Assembly: GCF_036365525.1 (NCBI RefSeq)
Contig: NC_090399.1
Location: 46,408,430 to 46,472,429, forward strand
Direction of reading: 5' to 3'
Origin: Heterodontus francisci
Lineage: Eukaryota
Length of the DNA stretch: 64,000 nucleotides
In this document: positions 59,269-64,000 of the stretch, piece by piece
How the letters are laid out: every line of letters begins with the position of its first letter
Numbering within the stretch: position 1 is the first letter of the stretch
Made by a program: the position numbers and the translations under genes
The notes under the pieces: model-generated
The model's database searches: none
What the model was told of the DNA's origin: nothing
The model's input: the letters and a program-made list of their open reading frames with translations, nothing else

Positions 59269-60250
59269 TGTTACGATCAGGAGAGAAAGGTGCCGAGAAC
59301 ACCCCTCTCAGACTTTTCCTAGTTTGGCCATAGCAGGGTTGACCTTTTATAAGACATGGCTTTTAACTCCCCTCAGTGAGTCCTTCCTCACCGCTTTCTA
59401 ATTGTGATTGCAAAGTAATCAACCTGACAGGTTTTCTCAGATTTAAACAGGAAAAGTGTAAGTTTAGTAACCTTAAAATTCCACCTCAGATAATACGACT
59501 AAAAATACACAATGCGACCACTCTAGCTTGCATACATGATAAACACAGGCGCAAATAGAGACAGAGGAGGAGAAAGAATTGCAGGGAAATGTTTTGAAGT
59601 AATAAATGGAGTTCAGTTCCTGGTTTTGGGTTGGCTGTAACATCTTTGATTGAATTTAAGTCTTGCAGTTCTCGTTGGGGCCCAGTGCACACTTTCAAAC
59701 TTGTTTTGGTTGCCTTCTGTTTTGAGGCTTAAGTTTCTTCCGTGGGTCCCTGGAACATTGCGTGACAGAGACAGAGACAGAGAGAGAGAGGGAGTGCTCT
59801 CATCTTGATGTTCAATTGTATTATCTTCCAATAACATTTCTGTGAACACCATTCAAATAACTCCAGGTTGGCCACCAGGTGAGTCATATGACTAGCTCCC
59901 TCCTTGAAACAGTCTCTCCTGCGAGGTTTGTGGATTCCTCCCAGCTTACCAGATACTCTCAGTGGGGGGGAGGCAGGCAGGGGTGGAATGATGCCTCTTA
60001 CACAGTCAATAACTCTGTGTCTTTTTGATCATCACTATTGACAAAACCCATCTGGCTAATTGAATCTGGGAATACTCCCATTGTCTCTCCATGTCACTGT
60101 CCTTCAGAATGCAAATATGTAGCCATGTTTTCAGCCACTGTTCTGTGGTCTTTTTAAAACAAGTTATGTTCAATGTCCAGTATACGTTCAAATAATTTTC
60201 CAAATGACAAAATTAATATTTTCCATTTGGCAGGTGTGGTTTCTGTGACA
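59269..60250 (-). repeat. 3' LTR (~982 bp)
   Basis: Termini are TGTTAC...GTGACA (TG..CA with a short imperfect inverted repeat). The first ~415 bp align with 63586-64000 at roughly 80% by eye. The right end is inferred from the terminus and adjacent PPT because the partner LTR end is outside the window. Confidence 0.85.
59765..59794 (+). repeat. Short (ACAGAG)n/(AG)n microsatellite inside the LTR
   Basis: ACAGAGACAGAGACAGAGAGAGAGAGGGAG is seen directly. Confidence 0.7.
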
Positions 60251-60261
60251 CCTCCATATCT
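60251..60261 (-). other. Degenerate polypurine tract candidate
   Basis: The minus strand reads AGATATGGAGG immediately before the LTR start TGTCACAG. The position fits, but the tract is short and interrupted. Confidence 0.5.
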
Positions 60262-60819
60262 GGCTGAACGAAATGCGACATGTGGGGAATATTTCATTAT
60301 AAAATAGAAAGAGAAGAAAGTATAGAAAAACACACATGCATTTCTCTCATTCATTCTCATTCATTCAGAAATCTTAAAAATTGTTATGAATTGTCTTTCC
60401 TTTGTAGCAGTGCTGCTTTAAACTGCCCCTTTTCTCTTGAGATGGGTCTTAGATAGTTATGTGTTGCCCAAGGGGTTTAAAGTTTCTTCACTATCAGCCT
60501 GCAATACCTTGGGAATGGGCATCCCAATAAACATGTGATTTTTGGGGAGGTTTGCTTTTCACACATTTCCATGACTGTCTCGGGTGCCTTTGTTCCTGTT
60601 GAGGTCTGTAGGGGGAGGGTTAGAGTTAATTAGCCCTAGTTTGGATTTCTGATTAGCACTGGGTGGATCCATTCTGATCACTCTTTCAGTGCTCTGATGA
60701 ATCAAGCAAGGGCTTTTCACCTGAGATGATGGCTGGTTCCCTTTCCTCTTGACTGTGTGGGAAGATTCCGTGCTAACCATCCCTTTGTCCTCTGGGACAC
60801 TCCTGCTTGCAGATATTTG

Positions 60820-61510
60820 TCAAGATCCTGCTGTACTCCCCTGCGGCACTTCAACTAGGTGAGGCATCACCCTCATGGTTTCCCTGCCCTCTTGAGGACT
60901 TTCTCTGCAGGTTCCTGTAAATGCTGTGAGCAACTCTGGTGGGGTGTTTCCATTGTCTGCATTTACATAGGAAGATGTGGGGTCTAACTTTTCAAATATT
61001 TCGGGGTTGACTGACTGGACAGTAGGGTTTTCCATTTGGGAATCCTCTCGGACCTTCTTTAACCTGTCCTCTTTGTCCTTGTTTCCCCTTTCCTCTCTAA
61101 CCTTTTGCCAGACTTGTGCCTGTCTGACCCCTTTTGTTCTCGGTGGGGGTCCCTTACAGTTCACCAGCCCTATGCTGGAGGGTCCTCCTAACACTGTTCC
61201 AGGACTTAAGGGTGCAGGTTTCACTGTAGGTTGGGTTTTCCCCTCAACCTGGCACATGTGGCAACTCCTGCAGTACTCCACCACATCTTTGTGGAGTTTT
61301 GGCCAGTCAAACCGCTGCATTACACGGGCTTTGGTTTTCCGTATACTGGCATGTACAGCCACTGTAGTCTCATGGGTCATTCTTTCCATTGCTATCCAGT
61401 ACCTCTGTGGCACCACTAACTGGTGAACCACTGTCAATTATTTGTCCTCAGGTCTGTGAGGAGAACTCCATTTCCTCATCAGTACCTCATTCTTTAAATA
61501 GTAGCAATCA
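60820..61510 (-). pseudogene. Integrase N-terminal remnant (H2C2 zinc-binding domain and start of the core) fused to a downstream pol linker remnant
   Basis: Translation gives CYYLKNEVLMRKW...*...HQLVVP...HETTVAVH...QRFDWPKLHKDVVEYCRSCHMCQ...PAPL...GLVNCKGPPPRTKG, with an in-frame stop just upstream of 61437. Integrase similarity stops near 61,125. Confidence 0.85.
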
Positions 61511-61789
61511 GGGACTACCTCTGCCTCACTTTCAGGCTGGGCAGCCTGTGCTAACTCTTTCAATACTGGGTTGGCTCACTGAGCCTCATCTAGGGAAGAT
61601 TCATTTAATTCATTCCCTGGGTCCTCTAACATTCCAAAGATTGTTTCAGACAGACAGACCTCATGGTCATCTGCCTGTTGTGCGAATTCGGTCTCCTCTA
61701 GGGTTGCTGGTTTGGTCATGGCCTGAGTCACTACACATTCAGATAAACTGTAGGGTACTGTCCACTGCCACTGCCCTGTCTCTCTGACC

Positions 61790-62100
61790 TCCTGTGGTCT
61801 CTCATTACTGGGGAAGCCAGCAATTTAACCCCCGCACGATCATTACCTAAGAGCAGGTCAACCCTATCCGCAGGGATACTAGGAACAATTCCTACGATCA
61901 CCTTCCCAAAATGAGGTCGCACTTCAGGTGCTCCCAGCATACAGGTACAGTCACACACTACCCTCCAATACCATTCATCACCATTCTGGTTTTCACTGCA
62001 CTGTCTGGGTAAAGGTCAGGCCTTTTCCCAGTAAAAGGGATCTAGTGGCCCCTGTATCCCTGAGGATTACTATGGGCTTGCTTGCCCCACTCGAGAGGCA
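61790..62100 (-). pseudogene. Retropepsin-type aspartic protease remnant
   Basis: The minus strand gives KPIVILRDTGATRSL (DTG at 62058-62050, not in the ORF track). The C-terminal VDLLLGND motif lies in ORF 61731..61958, in a different frame. Confidence 0.85.
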
Positions 62101-62116
62101 TGGGGTTACTCTCCCT

Positions 62117-63448
62117 TCAGACACAAAATCGATAACCTTCAGGAATCCTATTAAATTTTCCTGTATGTTTTCTGGGCCTTGCTACTGCTGCATTTAAAGC
62201 CACAGCTTGTTCTGCTGTACTTTCCATCAGGGTCCCACGTCCTGTACTGAGCGGGTGTGCCCTGATTAACCCTACAGGCTTTCCCTGTAGTTTCCAGCAG
62301 GCAGCTCTCAGATGACCTGCCTTATTACAATGGAAGCACACAGATCTCCAGGTCTCACTCCGACTTACAGCACCTTCCTTTTTGGCTGGAGGAGGGCCCC
62401 CAGTGTCTCCTGCTTTTCTTTCTCTCCCAGGATTGATTAGGCTCCCATCACCTTCCCACCGTTTGTCCTTTTCGGATTTGTGGGGGTAACTAGGAAAGGT
62501 TTTCCCCAGGGAACTGACTTGTATATGAGAGAAAACTCATCAGCCATAACTACGGCTTGCCTCGCTCTGTGCACTTTTTGTTCCTCCACATGGGTCTTTA
62601 TGGAGAGGGGGAGAGAGTTTTTAAATTCCTCTGGCAAAATCACCTCTCTGAGGTTTTCATTGCTGGGCTGCACGTTAAGAGCCCTCAACCACTGGTCAAA
62701 GTTCAGCTACTTACTTCTCTTAAACTCCAAGTAAGTTTGATCAGCTTGTTTCCTGAAGATTCGGAACTTCTGGTGATAGGCTTCCGCTACTAGCTCATAT
62801 GTCCCGAAGATTGCATTTTTTGTCAGTTCACAATTTTATGAACTTTCATCTGGCAACAGGGAATAAACCTCATGGGCTTGTCCTGTTAACTTACTTTGCA
62901 ACAGAAGAGTCCAAAACTCAGACAGCCATTTTAACTGCTTTGCCAGTTTTTCTTTCAAAAGATACAAAAATGCTTCCACCTCTACCTCATTGAATTTTGG
63001 AATCAATTGGGAAAATTTTAAAAATTCTGCACACAGCCCTGCACGACTTATATTTTCTATGCTTTCACTGGGGTTACTGTGTTGCCCCCTAGCTAACTCA
63101 GCTCTCTTTTCTCCCGTTCCTTCTGTAAATTTCTTTCTTTCTTTCTTTCTCTCTCTCTCCTGCCTTTCTCTTTCCCTGTCTTCCAATTAAAATTTCCTCT
63201 GATCCAGTTGTATCTTTACTAGCAATACCCTGTCGGAGTCTATTGCTCGCCCTGTATCTGCTTCTTCAGATCGAGGGAAAAATGGTTGGCCATTCGTGTT
63301 AGGAGTGTTAGGACTTCCTAACCTTGCCACGTACAGTGATCCCAGACTGCTAAGAGAAACTCCTCGACGCTTCCGTAGACAGTGCTTTTAACTAATCCCA
63401 AGTTACTTCACCCTGACTTGGGGAGCTACTGGCTTCAGTCACGGACAT
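62117..63448 (-). pseudogene. gag remnant: N-terminus, E/R/K-rich coiled coil, SCAN-like capsid region, CCHC zinc knuckle
   Basis: An ATG at 63448 gives MSVTEASSSPSQGEVTWD*. Further fragments are EDRERERQERER, IPKFNEVEVEAF...WTLLLQSKLTGQAHEVY, EEFKNSLPLSIKTHVEEQK...QAVVMADEF and CFHCNKAGHLRAAC (62338-62297). It is split over at least three ORFs. Confidence 0.88.
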
Positions 63449-63559
63449 GTTCATATTCTAGCACACACAAACCACAAGAAGACCTGTAGTGAAATATTTG
63501 CTCTTTTTGATTGGGATCAATTTGACTTCCCACTCCCAATTTCCTTCCAATCTGGTCAA

Positions 63560-63579
63560 ATCTGGGATGCTAGCCCCCA
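63560..63579 (-). other. Primer-binding site, degenerate tRNA-Pro type
   Basis: The minus strand reads TGGGGGCTAGCATCCCAGAT 6 nt after the 5' LTR end. The canonical tRNA-Pro PBS is TGGGGGCTCGTCCGGGAT, and the first 8 nt are identical. Confidence 0.7.
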
Positions 63580-63585
63580 AACTTC

Positions 63586-64000
63586 TGTTCTGACCAGATG
63601 AGGAAGGGATCTAGGACTCCCCTCTCAGCCTTTTCCTGGTTTGGCCGTAACAGGGTTTAACTTTTAAAATAGTGTTTTTAACTCCTCTCAGTGAGTCCTT
63701 GCTCACTGCTCTATAATTGTAATGGCAAAGAAATCAAGCTGACAGGTTTTCTCAGATTTAAACAAGAAAGGTGTAAGTTTAGTAATCTTAAAACTCTAGT
63801 TCAGTTAAAACTACTAAAAATACATGAGACGACTGTGCCAGCATGCATACGCGATAAATACACACGCAAATAGAGACAGAGGAGGAGAAAGAATTAAAGG
63901 GGAAAGATTTGAAGTAAGAGATGGAGTTTAGTTACTGGTTTTGAGTTGGATGTAAAGTCTTTGATTGAAGTTAAGTCTTGTAGTTCTCGTTGGGGCACAG
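63586..64000 (-). repeat. 5' LTR (partial; continues past the window)
   Basis: It is colinear with 59269-59690, for example the shared CTGACAGGTTTTCTCAGATTTAAACA and GCAAATAGAGACAGAGGAGGAGAAAGAATT. Confidence 0.92.

Larger units (their letters stand above)
59269..64000 (-). mobile_element. Decayed, internally deleted Ty3/Gypsy LTR retrotransposon, Gmr1-like (gag-PR-IN order); 5' LTR truncated by the window end
   Basis: Two direct LTR copies start at 59269 and 63586. The PBS and PPT lie in minus orientation. Gag capsid, CCHC, ILRDTGA protease and H2C2 integrase motifs are present, interrupted by stops and frameshifts. Confidence 0.92.

Noticed and set aside
59460-59472. LTR polyadenylation signal
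   Set aside because: The minus strand reads ACTAAA in both LTRs rather than AATAAA. The position is plausible, but it is too weak to call.
59376-60780. Short ORFs in the LTR and 3' internal region, including a possible env
   Set aside because: They are 60-79 aa with no recognisable motifs. The similarity between 59376..59558 and 63691..63873 simply reflects the LTR duplication.
60977-63190. Plus-strand ORFs overlapping gag/pol
   Set aside because: They are antisense shadows of the retroelement coding remnants and have no motifs of their own.
62437-63448. Domesticated SCAN/gag host gene
   Set aside because: It has multiple stops and frameshifts and is still flanked by LTRs and a PBS.

Overview
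This is eukaryotic, probably vertebrate, repetitive DNA; a cartilaginous fish is a plausible source but that is unverified. About 92% of the window (1 to ~59,146, open at the left edge) is one head-to-tail array of a 28-bp monomer with consensus CTGTTCCCCAGTGTGAGTGAGTCGGGGT. The array is split into domains that use different monomer variants. It also carries nested higher-order periods: an 84-bp trimer, a 530-bp 19-mer, and ~1.5, ~2.9-3.1, ~3.5, ~5.2 and ~9.0-kb duplications. After a ~120-bp unique spacer lies a decayed, internally deleted Gypsy LTR retrotransposon of the Gmr1 type on the minus strand. It has a 3' LTR at 59,269-60,250, a 5' LTR starting at 63,586 and running off the window, a tRNA-Pro-like PBS, gag with a SCAN-like capsid and CCHC knuckle, a DTG protease, and an integrase zinc finger. 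No integrase core, RT or RNase H is recognisable. The many minus-strand ORFs in the array arise because that strand of the consensus has no stop codon in any frame; I do not call them genes. Their 28-aa HTGE repeat does resemble the C2H2 zinc-finger linker. There is no intact protein-coding gene, RNA gene or CRISPR array. All counts and identities were read by eye.
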